DNA of 64,000 nt from Candidatus Hodarchaeota archaeon (GCA_048886685.1 JBHLKM010000002.1:348367-412366), one strand, 5' to 3'. Positions 38,276-49,767 are shown, counted from the stretch's first letter. Notes: generated by a model not told the origin, from the sequence alone. A program made the numbers and translations.

Positions 38276-41200
38276 TTATGTATTTGGACTTTCAGTATCT
38301 TCTTCAGAATCATCTATAAAGGAAATTTTTCTTATTGCCTGTTTCGATTTATCAACTAAGCCCTTATGAGAATTTCTTTTTTTATTTTCAAACTTTTTGT
38401 AAAGTATCGAAGCTACACTTGCAATACCAATCGAAAAACCTACAATCATTCCAATTATGAGATAAGGAATGAGCTCGTAAGCACGGATTTTTATTGACAA
38501 ATTATTAGAAGTTTTAATATTCCCATACACATCATAAACCTCTACTATAACCTCTATATTTGAATCAATATTGGCAAAATCAGTAAGCACAATAGAAAAA
38601 TCTTCTTGATCTTGCATAGAATATAAGGTTTGGGCCCTCCATTCAGAGTTTTGAGCAAAAATTATCCGAATCCTATAAATATCATTATTATCTGTTGCTT
38701 TAAAACTAATAAAGAGTTTTATATTTGGAGTGTCTTTATTTCTCGTAATATTAACATTTGAGAGAATAGGCTGCTTCAAATCTCGGTAAACTGAATGATT
38801 TGCATAGTATTTCCTTGGAATATTTTCTAATATAACAGATTGCGAGATTATACATATATTATCATACATACCCCAAAGTTTACACTGTCCTGAATAAGAG
38901 TTCTTAATTCTATTAATTTGAAGTTGATAAGTTATCTCTGTAATTCCAGAGGCTAACATCGGAAAAAAGAAATGAATACCTAAGGTTGATTGATCATAAG
39001 TAATTTCAGAACTTTCATAATCTCCTGCAATTATAACGGAATCAGTTAAAAATATCGTACCTGTAGGAATTTCATCATCAATAACATAAAATGGGCGAGG
39101 ATCTCCATCATTCGAGACTTTTAACTTAATAGTTATTATTTCTCCAGGATAGAGAAAATTTCTTTTAGAAACTATCTTTAAAAGACTTAAAGATTCATCA
39201 ACACTTATTGTTGAATTGTTATTTGGGAGATTTAATGGATAAGATGAATAAGATTGTGATCCTACTTTAATAATGATTGGACCTACTGTACGATCGAAAA
39301 TTTGATACCTTGTTATATTGTTTATGGCATCGAAATATCGTATAAATCCTAAAACAGAAAGACCTTCAATAATAAAATTCCCTGTATAGTCGGCTGCAAT
39401 TAAAGAATATAAAATAACACTTCCATTAATAAGGATTGGAGCAAATTTGGTGTAGTTTTCTTCAGGATCATGCAATTCATTAGGAACACGAAGTAATGAT
39501 ATATTAGAATCTACTAATGGCATTCTATTATCAATATCTGTAAACCTTACGCTTAAGTTAAAATACTCATTAGTTTTAACTTCAATTATATTTGGAATCT
39601 CTATTATTGGATTTGATCGCAAAATCTGTACAGTTTCAAAAATATAACAGATTTGACCTGAACCACTTAAAGAAATATTTATTGTATTGCTATTTTCAGT
39701 TAGATAATTATCAAGATTTAATAAAATTTCATTTGGCTTATTGCTAGAGTCCGTGAAATTCAAAGTAAATTGGGGATGAATATTGTTATTAATTTGTACA
39801 AAAATTGTTCCATTGAATTCTATGAGTCCACCTGTAATTAAAATTTCTTTAATTGCAGTTAAAGCTGTTATTGCGGCACAGGTATCAGCAGTCGATCCCC
39901 ATCCCCAGCGATTACGCCTATTCAACAAAAATTGGACTGATTTCTGGATTAAAGCATAGTTATTAAGGTAATCGTCAAGAGCAAGAGCCCAGATAGCATA
40001 AGATGTAATTTCCACTATATTTCCTAACTTTCGCCAATACCAATTGCTGCTTGTATCACTGTCCCAATAAATCGTATTTTCCTCTACTTTTTTGTGATCT
40101 TTGATAAATTGAATTAGAATATTATTAAATGTAGTATTTTCATAAATAGTACCTAAGGTTGCAATATAAAATAATGAGGATGAATAAGTACTCTGCATAT
40201 CTCCAGTGTACCATAAATTGCTAAACTCATTAACAGCAAGGTTAATTGCAGTTTCTATTTGGGATGTTTTATTTTTATAGTTCATTATTGCTTTTAGAAT
40301 AAAAGCTGTAGCTTCTAATGTATTTGAAGAATATTCTTGGAAATCCCAAACACCACTAGGATGCTGGTGAGAAATCAAATAGCCTATACCTTTTTCCAAA
40401 GTTATAGGATTAATCCGAAAACCAACCTCTTCAATTTGATTTAGTGCAGATACAACTATAGAGGTCATTATTACCTTTGATGAATCATCTCTCCACCATC
40501 CCCAACCCCCATCACTATGTTGGAAATTATAAATTCTGTTAAGACCTTCTAAAATCATCATTGTTATTTCTTTTTCTAAACTTGGAGTAAGCTGTCCTGT
40601 TTTATTTAAATAATTGAATATAAGAGCGGTTGGAAGTACTTTTGATATTGTCTGCTCTATGCACCCATAGGGATAACCAATTAATGACTGCCAGCTATCA
40701 ATTGAGATATCCATTAAATCGGTATATAATGCTAGCGTCTCTTTATGATAAATTGCTAAAGGCTCTAAAGTATGATTGAGGATCCAGGATCCCTCGGTGG
40801 CATTTAAAAATCCAATAGTTCTATTTGTAATTTCTATACCATTCGGTTTTATATATACTGTTAATTGTTTGGCATCTGAATATTTATTTCCAGAAACTTC
40901 AGTAGCTGCTAATAATGTGATATTATGAAAAAAAGGTTCAATACAATAGACGGAAAATTCAACTTCAGAAACAAAACCATCAGGGATAAATATTTCTTGC
41001 ACATCCTTATTTAATATTATAAGATCAGGGGTGTCAACGGCAACAAACGCATGCACATCTGTTCCTAAATAGTTATAAACGTATGCGTTAATACTTAAGA
41101 TATCATCTTGAAAAATTGGCTGAGAGACCTCAAATTCGATAAAAAATGGTAGAAATACTTTAATTTGAATTGTTTCAACGGCACCCCATAACACAATATC

Positions 41201-44200
41201 ATTTGAATCCTCAAAAATATTATTGATTACTGCTCGAATTGTCCATTCACCAATATTGTCTGGTAATTTGAAACTGATGGTAGTTGGCTCTGAAATTATT
41301 AATTTTGGTTTCCAGTTTGCCGATTCTGTAATATTTTTTCTTATTTCTGTATCAAAACTAGTGAGTAATTCATCATAAGAAGGCGCGTTTAATCTGTTCG
41401 GACCTACTCCAAAAGTATATTTTGTATAATCTAAAGGAGTAAATATTGGGTCTTCAATTGCTAAAGAATAAAATCCTCCTATAGGTCTTCCATAACCATA
41501 CCACCAATAACTAATAATATCAAATCCTGTACCCCATGAACTTCCTGAACTAATATATGCGGAATATTTGTTCATTGTAAAGTAAGCCAATTCTGAATCA
41601 TCCTCTGGTTCTACATCTAATACAGCACTATCAATAAAAGAGAGTGCTAACATTGAAGTTGTATTCTCAGGTGGCGTAATAGTTAAAGTTACTAAATCAC
41701 CAGGTTCATAGATTTCCTTATCGGTTGATAGTTTAAGACTATAAGAAAAATCGATATTTACTACAAGTATATATTCATAAAGCTTTCCCTGATCAGAAAT
41801 CGTATAAACCATTATTGTAAAATCAGGCGCAAAACTTGCTTTAACCTTTAGAAAGTAAGTAAAGGTATCATCTGTAATCGTTATCGGTTCTGAAAAAAGT
41901 AAGCCCCGTTTATAAATTTCAAGATAATGTGGAAGATTTGTCGATACATTTGAGAATCCGCTAATTTCAATGATATCACCAATTTGAACAATAATTTTTT
42001 CATAATATCTCCCAACATTGGTAAAATTGGATGTGAATGATAATGATTGAAAACTACCCACCCTAAAGGACTTATAAGCAGAATGATAACAAAATCCACC
42101 ATAATACTGGTTTGAGCGAGAATATACGTAAGAATATATAAAGTATTTACCTTCAGGGTAAGAATTTGGAATGTAGAAGTGATATATTTGACTTCCTGAA
42201 ATTATATCAGTAACTCGACCAATAAGTTGATGATTGGTGTCATAAATATAAATCCTACCTTCCCCAATACACGGAGTATCTTTTAAAACGTCTTTAAAGG
42301 TTACTTCAAATTCAAGAGTCTGGCCTAGATCTAAAGCAGAATCCACAATATTGATATCCAAACTATATTTCTTATAACGGAAATAATAAGAAGAAGTTGT
42401 CGATCTACCATCCTCAAGATCTACTGATATTCGGATTTCAAAAAAGTTGTAATCTTTAATTTGTTCTATAGGTATTTTAAACTCTAAAATGCCTGCTCCA
42501 AATTTATTTGTTAATTTAGAGTAGGTTGCGATTAAGTCTCGAGAATTTATTTCCCATGAATAAATTTGATAGTCTTCAATTCCATAAATATCAATATTAA
42601 CTAAAACATTAGATAATGGATTATAATACCAATTCCAATATTCATAATCATAAGATAACACATATTGATATACATAAAAATAATACTCTAAAGTATCGTC
42701 TGGGTGTGGTGCCCAATCAGTTAAATATCCATATGCGAGTAATTCTTCGATACGAGTATAGATTTTTTCATATGAAGCACTCCTACCATAGATATCCGTT
42801 GCTTCAGTTTGTACTTTAAAGGAATAATCTAAGTCTTCAATGGATTGTAGATTTATTGAAAAATAATATCGTCCCTCACTATTAGTAACCCCTTCCTTAG
42901 AATATTTGACTTCTCCCCAATAATTTAGAATTGAGAGTTCTACAGTTGCTCCTACCACTACTTGGCCAAAATAATACGATACCTCAACATATCCATCAAA
43001 TAACTTTTCATTAATAGGATAGAAATCTTTCCCATTTGTATCAATTTCTACTCTAAAAACAGGTTTAGTGTAGTAATCAACCCTAACATTATATCTGTAA
43101 CTATGTTCAAATTGACTAAACTCAAATCCATAATGTCCTAATTCACAATCTTCATCTAAAGGAAAATCAAAGGTTAATATACCATTTTCATCCGTAGTAA
43201 GAGTTGACCAAAATATTGCAAATTCATCTGGATTATAAATAGTAAAAGATACAGGAGTATTTCGCATGATTTGTTTTGTTTCATTCATAAATGAATATTC
43301 TAATACTAAAATCCTTAGATTTATAGTTTCACCCGGGCTATAAATCGTTTTATCAGTTGTAACTACATATTGAAATCGTTCTTGAATAGTTTTTTGTTGC
43401 CCTCCCCATAAACAATAATAATAATAATCCCATGACTCATAAAGAAAAGTTTGATATTCTGCTTTTCCATCAATTGTACCAATTGCCAGTCTTAATATAT
43501 GATGATTATTCATTTCTAAAGGAATATTTGCGGTAAAAGTAGTATAACCAAATGCATCAGTGTTTCCTTGGTCCGTTGTTAAAATAACCCAATCTAAAGA
43601 ATCATAATAAGAAATAGAATAGTTAAAATCTGTAAAAGGCATACTGGAGAAATCGGATAAATTAACGATATGAAGGGCAGCAGTATAATCTTGGTTACCC
43701 TTATAATAACGTGGACCTTTAAAAAAGATACCAACTTCACCAACGGAAAACTCTTTATAAACTCGATTACCTTCAGCATAAGCATAAACAGTATATATCC
43801 CTTCAGAAGAAGTTTGGGAAAATAATGTGGAAGCCTGACCATTACTATTAGTTGTTAGGTTAATGGTATAAATAGGTGTTTTTGTCTCATAATATGATGG
43901 ATAATAATAGTAGTAATTCCTATAAAATCCTTGATAAATCTCAATAGCAATTGTTTTTCCAGATGAGGCAGTTAAATTACAGGTTAAACCTAAATATATA
44001 GTAACAATTTCTCCAATTGTAAGGACATATCTATCTAAATTAAGTGTTAACACATAATCGGTATTATAATAACTATAAGCTAATTTAGGATTACTTTCTG
44101 AATCCCGTTCTAAATTCTCTTCCGTCATTAGTGGAGATGATCTGTTAATTGGGAAATAATAAGGGGATGAATGGGATGATCCATCACCTTGGATCAAATT

Positions 44201-44317
44201 ATTTGGCTCATCATCATTAATTCGGTCAGTAGTATTTGCACTACACCCTATTAGAATAAATTGAATACAAATTATCAATACAAAAATAGTACCTTTAACC
44301 TGTCTATTCATTTTCAT
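38276..44317 (-). CDS. Alpha-2-macroglobulin-family thioester protein, membrane anchored
   Basis: MG-domain motifs 'TDKTIYSPGE' and 'TDKEIYEPGD', 'RKNITESANW.P', 'LPDNIGEW', thioester 'YPYGCIEQ', 'QHSDGGWGWW', 'WGSTADT', 'D.IP.G'; signal peptide and C-terminal TM. Confidence 0.92.
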   Translation of the reverse strand: MKMNRQVKGTIFVLIICIQFILIGCSANTTDRINDDEPNNLIQGDGSSHSSPYYFPINRSSPLMTEENLERDSESNPKLAYSYYNTDYVLTLNLDRYVLTIGEIVTIYLGLTCNLTASSGKTIAIEIYQGFYRNYYYYYPSYYETKTPIYTINLTTNSNGQASTLFSQTSSEGIYTVYAYAEGNRVYKEFSVGEVGIFFKGPRYYKGNQDYTAALHIVNLSDFSSMPFTDFNYSISYYDSLDWVILTTDQGNTDAFGYTTFTANIPLEMNNHHILRLAIGTIDGKAEYQTFLYESWDYYYYCLWGGQQKTIQERFQYVVTTDKTIYSPGETINLRILVLEYSFMNETKQIMRNTPVSFTIYNPDEFAIFWSTLTTDENGILTFDFPLDEDCELGHYGFEFSQFEHSYRYNVRVDYYTKPVFRVEIDTNGKDFYPINEKLFDGYVEVSYYFGQVVVGATVELSILNYWGEVKYSKEGVTNSEGRYYFSINLQSIEDLDYSFKVQTEATDIYGRSASYEKIYTRIEELLAYGYLTDWAPHPDDTLEYYFYVYQYVLSYDYEYWNWYYNPLSNVLVNIDIYGIEDYQIYSWEINSRDLIATYSKLTNKFGAGILEFKIPIEQIKDYNFFEIRISVDLEDGRSTTSSYYFRYKKYSLDINIVDSALDLGQTLEFEVTFKDVLKDTPCIGEGRIYIYDTNHQLIGRVTDIISGSQIYHFYIPNSYPEGKYFIYSYVYSRSNQYYGGFCYHSAYKSFRVGSFQSLSFTSNFTNVGRYYEKIIVQIGDIIEISGFSNVSTNLPHYLEIYKRGLLFSEPITITDDTFTYFLKVKASFAPDFTIMVYTISDQGKLYEYILVVNIDFSYSLKLSTDKEIYEPGDLVTLTITPPENTTSMLALSFIDSAVLDVEPEDDSELAYFTMNKYSAYISSGSSWGTGFDIISYWWYGYGRPIGGFYSLAIEDPIFTPLDYTKYTFGVGPNRLNAPSYDELLTSFDTEIRKNITESANWKPKLIISEPTTISFKLPDNIGEWTIRAVINNIFEDSNDIVLWGAVETIQIKVFLPFFIEFEVSQPIFQDDILSINAYVYNYLGTDVHAFVAVDTPDLIILNKDVQEIFIPDGFVSEVEFSVYCIEPFFHNITLLAATEVSGNKYSDAKQLTVYIKPNGIEITNRTIGFLNATEGSWILNHTLEPLAIYHKETLALYTDLMDISIDSWQSLIGYPYGCIEQTISKVLPTALIFNYLNKTGQLTPSLEKEITMMILEGLNRIYNFQHSDGGWGWWRDDSSKVIMTSIVVSALNQIEEVGFRINPITLEKGIGYLISHQHPSGVWDFQEYSSNTLEATAFILKAIMNYKNKTSQIETAINLAVNEFSNLWYTGDMQSTYSSSLFYIATLGTIYENTTFNNILIQFIKDHKKVEENTIYWDSDTSSNWYWRKLGNIVEITSYAIWALALDDYLNNYALIQKSVQFLLNRRNRWGWGSTADTCAAITALTAIKEILITGGLIEFNGTIFVQINNNIHPQFTLNFTDSSNKPNEILLNLDNYLTENSNTINISLSGSGQICYIFETVQILRSNPIIEIPNIIEVKTNEYFNLSVRFTDIDNRMPLVDSNISLLRVPNELHDPEENYTKFAPILINGSVILYSLIAADYTGNFIIEGLSVLGFIRYFDAINNITRYQIFDRTVGPIIIKVGSQSYSSYPLNLPNNNSTISVDESLSLLKIVSKRNFLYPGEIITIKLKVSNDGDPRPFYVIDDEIPTGTIFLTDSVIIAGDYESSEITYDQSTLGIHFFFPMLASGITEITYQLQINRIKNSYSGQCKLWGMYDNICIISQSVILENIPRKYYANHSVYRDLKQPILSNVNITRNKDTPNIKLFISFKATDNNDIYRIRIIFAQNSEWRAQTLYSMQDQEDFSIVLTDFANIDSNIEVIVEVYDVYGNIKTSNNLSIKIRAYELIPYLIIGMIVGFSIGIASVASILYKKFENKKRNSHKGLVDKSKQAIRKISFIDDSEEDTESPNT

Positions 44318-44441
44318 CTACCCAATTCAAAATCATTCCTCATATCATATTATTGCATCTAAACTTATTATGCTAAAGTTTAGAACACTATATAATTCGA
44401 AGTAAAAAACTTCTGAATATTAAGAAGAGTAGAGTTATTCT

Positions 44442-44981
44442 CTATATTGGTTTATTTTTAAATTGTATAATCACATCTAACCATACATAAATCATAATCC
44501 CTACTCCCAACAAAATAACAAATAGACTATCTTTATTCCAATATGTATAAATAAAGATTAAATAACTAAAAAATAGAATTGTAAAAAAAACAGCAGCAAA
44601 AATAACTTTAGGAAGAAGATATCTGCCTATTAATACCCAAGAAGTTAATAACGGCAAATCAGCTTTTTTTTCCAGATGATAAATACCATTTCTGTTTTCA
44701 ACAAGCTTTAAATTAACTAATTTCTCAAGATGATACTTTGCAACACTAGGACTTGAAAGCTCTAAATGACGTTGAAGATCACGTACTCCAATTGATTTTT
44801 TATTTAATAATACAAAATAGACCATAAGTGTTCTACCATTTAAATCTTTTACTATGGCATCCCGATTCAATCCTTCAATTATTTTAGGTTTTGGTTTTTT
44901 TTCGTCCGTTAGACGAGGAATGGGGGTTTCCTTTTCAGTATTTTCCGACTCCAAAGTCTTATCAATAAATTTATTATTCAT
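44442..44981 (-). CDS. Membrane-tethered winged-helix transcriptional regulator
   Basis: 'GRTL.VY..LL...IGVRDLQRHL.LSSPSVAKYHLEKL' plus two C-terminal TM helices. Confidence 0.82.
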   Translation of the reverse strand: MNNKFIDKTLESENTEKETPIPRLTDEKKPKPKIIEGLNRDAIVKDLNGRTLMVYFVLLNKKSIGVRDLQRHLELSSPSVAKYHLEKLVNLKLVENRNGIYHLEKKADLPLLTSWVLIGRYLLPKVIFAAVFFTILFFSYLIFIYTYWNKDSLFVILLGVGIMIYVWLDVIIQFKNKPI

Positions 44982-45219
44982 ATTGGTATTTATCTTTTCG
45001 TTAAAAAATTGATTTAAACCTCAATTTCCATACTCTTAAAAAATTTATTATCTCCCTCAGCTTATTGATTAGTTAATCGGTGGTGAGAGTTAATTCTTAA
45101 TAAACATAGATATCTCATTTTAAGACTATTTAATGAGCTATCCAGATAATTTTGACAATAACAAAAATGTAATAACATTGGTTTGAATATATTGATTATT
45201 AAAAAGAGGATTTCTAGTC

Positions 45220-46101
45220 TTAAGCTTTTGTTGCATTCTTTGCAATTGCATCCGATATTTGATCCCATATTTCTGGGGGTAGGCTATGACCCATCCCGTC
45301 GATAATCATCAATTCAGATCCAGTTATAACTTCTGCAGTATCTATTCCTGCTTCAACAAGGAAAAGAGGGTCCTCTCTTCCATGTATCACAAGAGTTGGT
45401 ACTTTAATCGCCGATAGCTTTTCTTTCCAATTTCCCTGTACCATTATAGCAAGTAGATGACGTTCAATCCCAGTAGGATAAAAATTTCTATCAAACACTC
45501 TTGCAGCAAGAGCACGGTATTTCTCTTCATCAAAAGGAAATCCCGATCCATAAATATACTTTCCTACTTTAATAGAGTTCTCAATAATAGCATCACGCTC
45601 AGGAGGTACTGGGGCGTAGAATACTTGCTGTGTTTCTGGAGTCATTTGAGGGAGATCTGGATTACCTGTGGTACTCATTATCGAAGTGAGACTTAACACT
45701 CGAGACGGATGTCTATACGCAATAGTTTGAGCAATCATTCCCCCCATTGAACCTCCGCAAATATGAGCTTTTTCAATACCTAACACATCAAGAAGTCCTA
45801 CAGCATCATCTGCCATATCATCCAAAGAATAAGGTGCATCAACTGATTCCCCTCTCTGAACTGCCATTATTGCTCCCATCAAATCTGGTTTACCAGCTTC
45901 TTCACATTTAGTTGAAAGCCCTGTGTCTCTATTGTCGAATATAATTACATAAAACCCACGATCTGTCAGAGATTTTATGAATCCTTCATCCCAATGGATC
46001 ATTTGAGAACCTAATCCCACTATTAGAAGTAATGGTTTATCTAAGGGATCCCCGAAGGTTTCATATTCAATTTCAATATTATTTACTTTTGCCTTAGTCA
46101 T
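45220..46101 (-). CDS. Alpha/beta hydrolase (esterase-like)
   Basis: 'FDNRDTG.S', 'G.SMGG', 'PTLVIHG..DP', 'GMGH'. Confidence 0.9.
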   Translation of the reverse strand: MTKAKVNNIEIEYETFGDPLDKPLLLIVGLGSQMIHWDEGFIKSLTDRGFYVIIFDNRDTGLSTKCEEAGKPDLMGAIMAVQRGESVDAPYSLDDMADDAVGLLDVLGIEKAHICGGSMGGMIAQTIAYRHPSRVLSLTSIMSTTGNPDLPQMTPETQQVFYAPVPPERDAIIENSIKVGKYIYGSGFPFDEEKYRALAARVFDRNFYPTGIERHLLAIMVQGNWKEKLSAIKVPTLVIHGREDPLFLVEAGIDTAEVITGSELMIIDGMGHSLPPEIWDQISDAIAKNATKA

Positions 46102-46224
46102 TACTAATCCCTTAAAACTTTTTTATTTAATAATTTAAATATTAGACAATTTTTAAAACTTAATTTAAATAAAAGTATGAAAAAGAATTGCCTATTTCAT
46201 GTTTTTTGGATAAAAGAAATGTAG

Positions 46225-46965
46225 TTAATACTTTTTACCAACGACACCCACATATATAGCTGTCTCAGTATGACCATTAATTTCTAACAATGCATTAATC
46301 TCATCATCAAATATTGCTCCTATAGTACATGCTCCCAATCCCAATGCTTCAGTAATAAGATAAAAATTCTGCCCTATATGACCCGCATCTAAATAGATAT
46401 ACCGATAGCACCGTTGAAGATATTTCCATTTAGATCTTTCTATTACTGCTGTCCATACAAAATTTACAGCTGAATTGTAAGCAATTTGTTGATCTAGGCA
46501 TGCTTTAGTAATTTCGGTTCGATAATCACCCTCTCGCAATAATTCAAGGCTATGTTTAGGGATATTATAATGATAAACACCTTGATCCAGATCCTCAACA
46601 TTATTAATTACGGGATAGACTTCAATTGGATATAATCCTCCCGCAGAAGGTACGGTTCTAAATGCGAAATTCGGAAAAACTCGAGTTAATCCAGACATTC
46701 CAAATAGCAAAAAACCAAGTTGTATTTGCGTGATTGGTTCATTTTTAAATTTACGAGTAGATTTTCGATTTAAGATTACATTCCAAAATTTAATATCTTC
46801 ATCAAATTTAATGTTAGGCAAGGTTATAATTTTTTTGGCGTTTGGATATAGCTTATAGGTTTCTGGTTTTGCTGACCAATCTAATCGATGTTGAGGCATT
46901 TTTTCTCTAATATACTTAGATTTTTGCTGAAAATAGTCTCCAAACTTATCCAATTCATTATTCAT
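46225..46965 (-). CDS. SagB/ThcOx-type nitroreductase-family protein
   Basis: 'RKSTRKF', 'RTVPSAGGLYP.E', 'YRYIYLDAGHIGQN'. Confidence 0.9.
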   Translation of the reverse strand: MNNELDKFGDYFQQKSKYIREKMPQHRLDWSAKPETYKLYPNAKKIITLPNIKFDEDIKFWNVILNRKSTRKFKNEPITQIQLGFLLFGMSGLTRVFPNFAFRTVPSAGGLYPIEVYPVINNVEDLDQGVYHYNIPKHSLELLREGDYRTEITKACLDQQIAYNSAVNFVWTAVIERSKWKYLQRCYRYIYLDAGHIGQNFYLITEALGLGACTIGAIFDDEINALLEINGHTETAIYVGVVGKKY

Positions 46966-47056
46966 ATTTAAAATTGATTAAGAAATGTTTAAAAGGTTTA
47001 ATTTAATATTTTAAAAGTATTAAAATTGATTAACTCTAATTAACTATAATAATATC

Positions 47057-47872
47057 ATGCCGAATATTTTAAACAGCTATGAATGGTTTGAAACAATAAA
47101 ACATAAGAGACACCTATTCATTATACGTGAAAGACTTGATGAGATCGATCCTCGATTTTATACCACCTATATTAATCTATTTTTGTTAATTGGTTCCCAT
47201 TCTGCATTAATGGTTGATACTGGTTGTGGTCTTTTCCCCCTAAAACCAGTAATATATGATATAATTGAAGATAAAAAGTTATTGGTATTAAATACTCATT
47301 CTCATTTTGATCACATTGGTGGAAATTATGAATTTGATAAAATATATATTCACCCTGAAGAAATGAAATCAATATCTATGCCAATAGATATTTCATTCTT
47401 AAAAGATTCTCCCAATGAAATTGTTAAACGTTATGAAAGCAGAAATTATAGATTTCAAGCTGCTAATAACGTTGAGCCTATTAAAGATGGTACGATCATA
47501 GATTTAGGTGGTCTTACCATTCTAGTTATTCATACACCGGGACACTCAACAGGCTCAATTTCTTTATTAACTAATAAAGGTGAACTTATTACAGGTGACA
47601 CTGCTCATTATGGAACAATGTATATTTCAAAAGATGATTTACCTACACATCTTTCGAGTATCAAAAAGTTATTAGATTTATTTCAAGAGAATAAAAAAAT
47701 TGAAATATATCCTTCTCACGAGGAGTTTGCAGTTGGTAAGAATTTATTGGAGGAACTCAGTAGAGGGTTTAAGAATATTGAAAGTATATGGGATACAAGG
47801 AAGTGGGACGACTTTTTAGAAGCTTGGGTAGTTGAGGATGATATCTTTAAATACGCAATATTCGAAGAATAG
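47057..47872 (+). CDS. MBL-fold metallo-hydrolase
   Basis: 'VDTG', 'THSHFDHIGG', 'HTPGHS', 'TGD', 'PSH'. Confidence 0.9.
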   Translation: MPNILNSYEWFETIKHKRHLFIIRERLDEIDPRFYTTYINLFLLIGSHSALMVDTGCGLFPLKPVIYDIIEDKKLLVLNTHSHFDHIGGNYEFDKIYIHPEEMKSISMPIDISFLKDSPNEIVKRYESRNYRFQAANNVEPIKDGTIIDLGGLTILVIHTPGHSTGSISLLTNKGELITGDTAHYGTMYISKDDLPTHLSSIKKLLDLFQENKKIEIYPSHEEFAVGKNLLEELSRGFKNIESIWDTRKWDDFLEAWVVEDDIFKYAIFEE

Positions 47873-47940
47873 TCCTTAACTTTTTCAAGGTTTATTAACT
47901 TTTTAAAATGAATAATATACTTTATAATAGTAAATTTTAG

Positions 47941-48813
47941 ATGGTTCAAATAATGAAACTAATGGATTATCATAGTCATAATAGACGTTGTGGGCATGCT
48001 AGAGGTGAAATTGAAGATTATGTAAAAATTGCGATAGAAAAGAATCTTAAAGAAATTGGGATCACAGATCACTTCCCATTAGGAGCTATCATAGATGATC
48101 CACAGTTTATAAAAATAATTAAAAGAGCATCGATGGAAGTTGAAGAATTCCCTCATTACATTAAAGAAATAAGAAGTCTGAAAGAAAAATATAAGAATAA
48201 AATAAATATCCGAATATCAACTGAAATAAATTTCGCTACTCCAGGAAGACCATTAACTCGTCAAAAAAAGATCCTTGAACCATTTATGGATGATTTTGAC
48301 TATTTACTAGGAGCAATCCACGACATAAAATGGCATGAATCCCCCATAATCATAATAGATCCACGTGAGGGCTCCGAGGCTCTTAAAAAATATGGTGTAG
48401 AAAAAATCAACCTAGAATATATAAATAAATTAACAAAACTAGTAGATACTAATTTTTTTGATGCGATTGCCCATTTTGATAACCAACGTGTTCTAATGCG
48501 TCAAAATAATCCGAACTATTCCCAAAATGCATGGCAAAAACTCTTAGATTTACTGGATAAAATAAAAAATAAGGGAATGGCTGTTGAGATTAATACATCT
48601 GGAATTCTTAAAGATATCGGGAGTCAATTCCCTAGTGATGAAATCATTAAAGAAATTATTGAACGAGATATTCCTTTAATGTTAGGTTCTGATGCTCATA
48701 GACCAGAATATATCGGATATTTATTTAAGGAAATTTCAGAAAAAATAAAAAAATGGGGTTTATCTCATTTATGTGCATATGAGAAGCGTGAACAGAGATT
48801 AATTAAAATATAA
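47941..48813 (+). CDS. PHP-family histidinol-phosphatase (HisJ-like)
   Basis: 'DYHSH..RCGHA', 'ITDH', 'GAIH', 'AHFD', 'EINTSG', 'GSDAH'. Confidence 0.88.
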   Translation: MVQIMKLMDYHSHNRRCGHARGEIEDYVKIAIEKNLKEIGITDHFPLGAIIDDPQFIKIIKRASMEVEEFPHYIKEIRSLKEKYKNKINIRISTEINFATPGRPLTRQKKILEPFMDDFDYLLGAIHDIKWHESPIIIIDPREGSEALKKYGVEKINLEYINKLTKLVDTNFFDAIAHFDNQRVLMRQNNPNYSQNAWQKLLDLLDKIKNKGMAVEINTSGILKDIGSQFPSDEIIKEIIERDIPLMLGSDAHRPEYIGYLFKEISEKIKKWGLSHLCAYEKREQRLIKI

Positions 48814-48852
48814 AATTATTTGAAAATTAAGCGACATATTCTTTGTTTTCTA

Positions 48853-49767
48853 TTAATCAATTTGTGCGTAAGCTGTTATTGAAAAGTAGCCAGGATCAGA
48901 AGTCGGCAACTGACCCATCATATAGCCCTGTGCTGTAGTTTCACAAATCCAATATTCAAACCCATCAATATCATAAGAATGGCTCGGGGGATAATCGAAA
49001 TGAGCTGTGGGAATATAACTTAAATAAACCCCGACGCATGCATGTCCCACCCATTCTTCGTTGATTTCATCATAGAAATCAATAATCATTATGATTGCAG
49101 AGTATCCTAAAGCTTCCACTAAAGAACCAAACAAAATAGATAAATCTTCACAATCTCCTCTTTCAAAGATAGTTTCAAGAGGATATTGTCCCAAATCTAT
49201 AGTATCATACTTATAAGTGATTGCTTGAGTGAAACTCAAGATAGCATTGATAATCTCTTCAGAATCATATGGATCTATACATTTTGAACGGACCGCTTCA
49301 GCAATTTGAATAATTTTTTCATCCTCAGGTGTACAATAAGATTCTAAAACTGAAGCTATGTAATCTGGATTAAAAGAATAGTGAGAGGGGTGAGGGGCAC
49401 TCCTGTAATAATTTAATCTCTCACGTGTTGTTTTAACAGTATAAGATGTAGGATTTATACCATTATTTACATAGAAGATAACTTTCCTCTGTGGAAAAAT
49501 GTACTCGTAGACGGCAATACTTACAACAGGGATAAGAACCGCTGCTAATATGACAATAGCGCCAAATATAATTGCTCTTTTCTGTCTTTTTGATATTCTT
49601 CTCCTACTTTCAGCCTTTAATGGAAAACCGAATCCCTGATCTTCTGTTTCATAAGTATATTCTCCCAATTCTTTAGATCTGATACCGAAGGCATACCCAC
49701 AATAAGGACAAACCTTCCAAGTGTTTTGTAAAGGTTTCCCGCATACAGAACAGAAATTTGCGATTAT
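48853..49767 (-). CDS. Zinc-ribbon / TM / transglutaminase-like Cys-His protein (start extended to ATA)
   Basis: In-frame extension IIANFCSVCGKPLQNTWKVCPYCGY upstream of the track start; TM helix; 'YPLET...GDCEDLSIL', 'GHA', 'CETT'. Confidence 0.8.
   Translation of the reverse strand: MIANFCSVCGKPLQNTWKVCPYCGYAFGIRSKELGEYTYETEDQGFGFPLKAESRRRISKRQKRAIIFGAIVILAAVLIPVVSIAVYEYIFPQRKVIFYVNNGINPTSYTVKTTRERLNYYRSAPHPSHYSFNPDYIASVLESYCTPEDEKIIQIAEAVRSKCIDPYDSEEIINAILSFTQAITYKYDTIDLGQYPLETIFERGDCEDLSILFGSLVEALGYSAIIMIIDFYDEINEEWVGHACVGVYLSYIPTAHFDYPPSHSYDIDGFEYWICETTAQGYMMGQLPTSDPGYFSITAYAQID

Noticed and set aside
46225-46965. RiPP (azole) biosynthetic cluster around the SagB-like gene
   Set aside because: No YcaO, precursor peptide or transporter nearby; stand-alone SagB-like nitroreductases are common.
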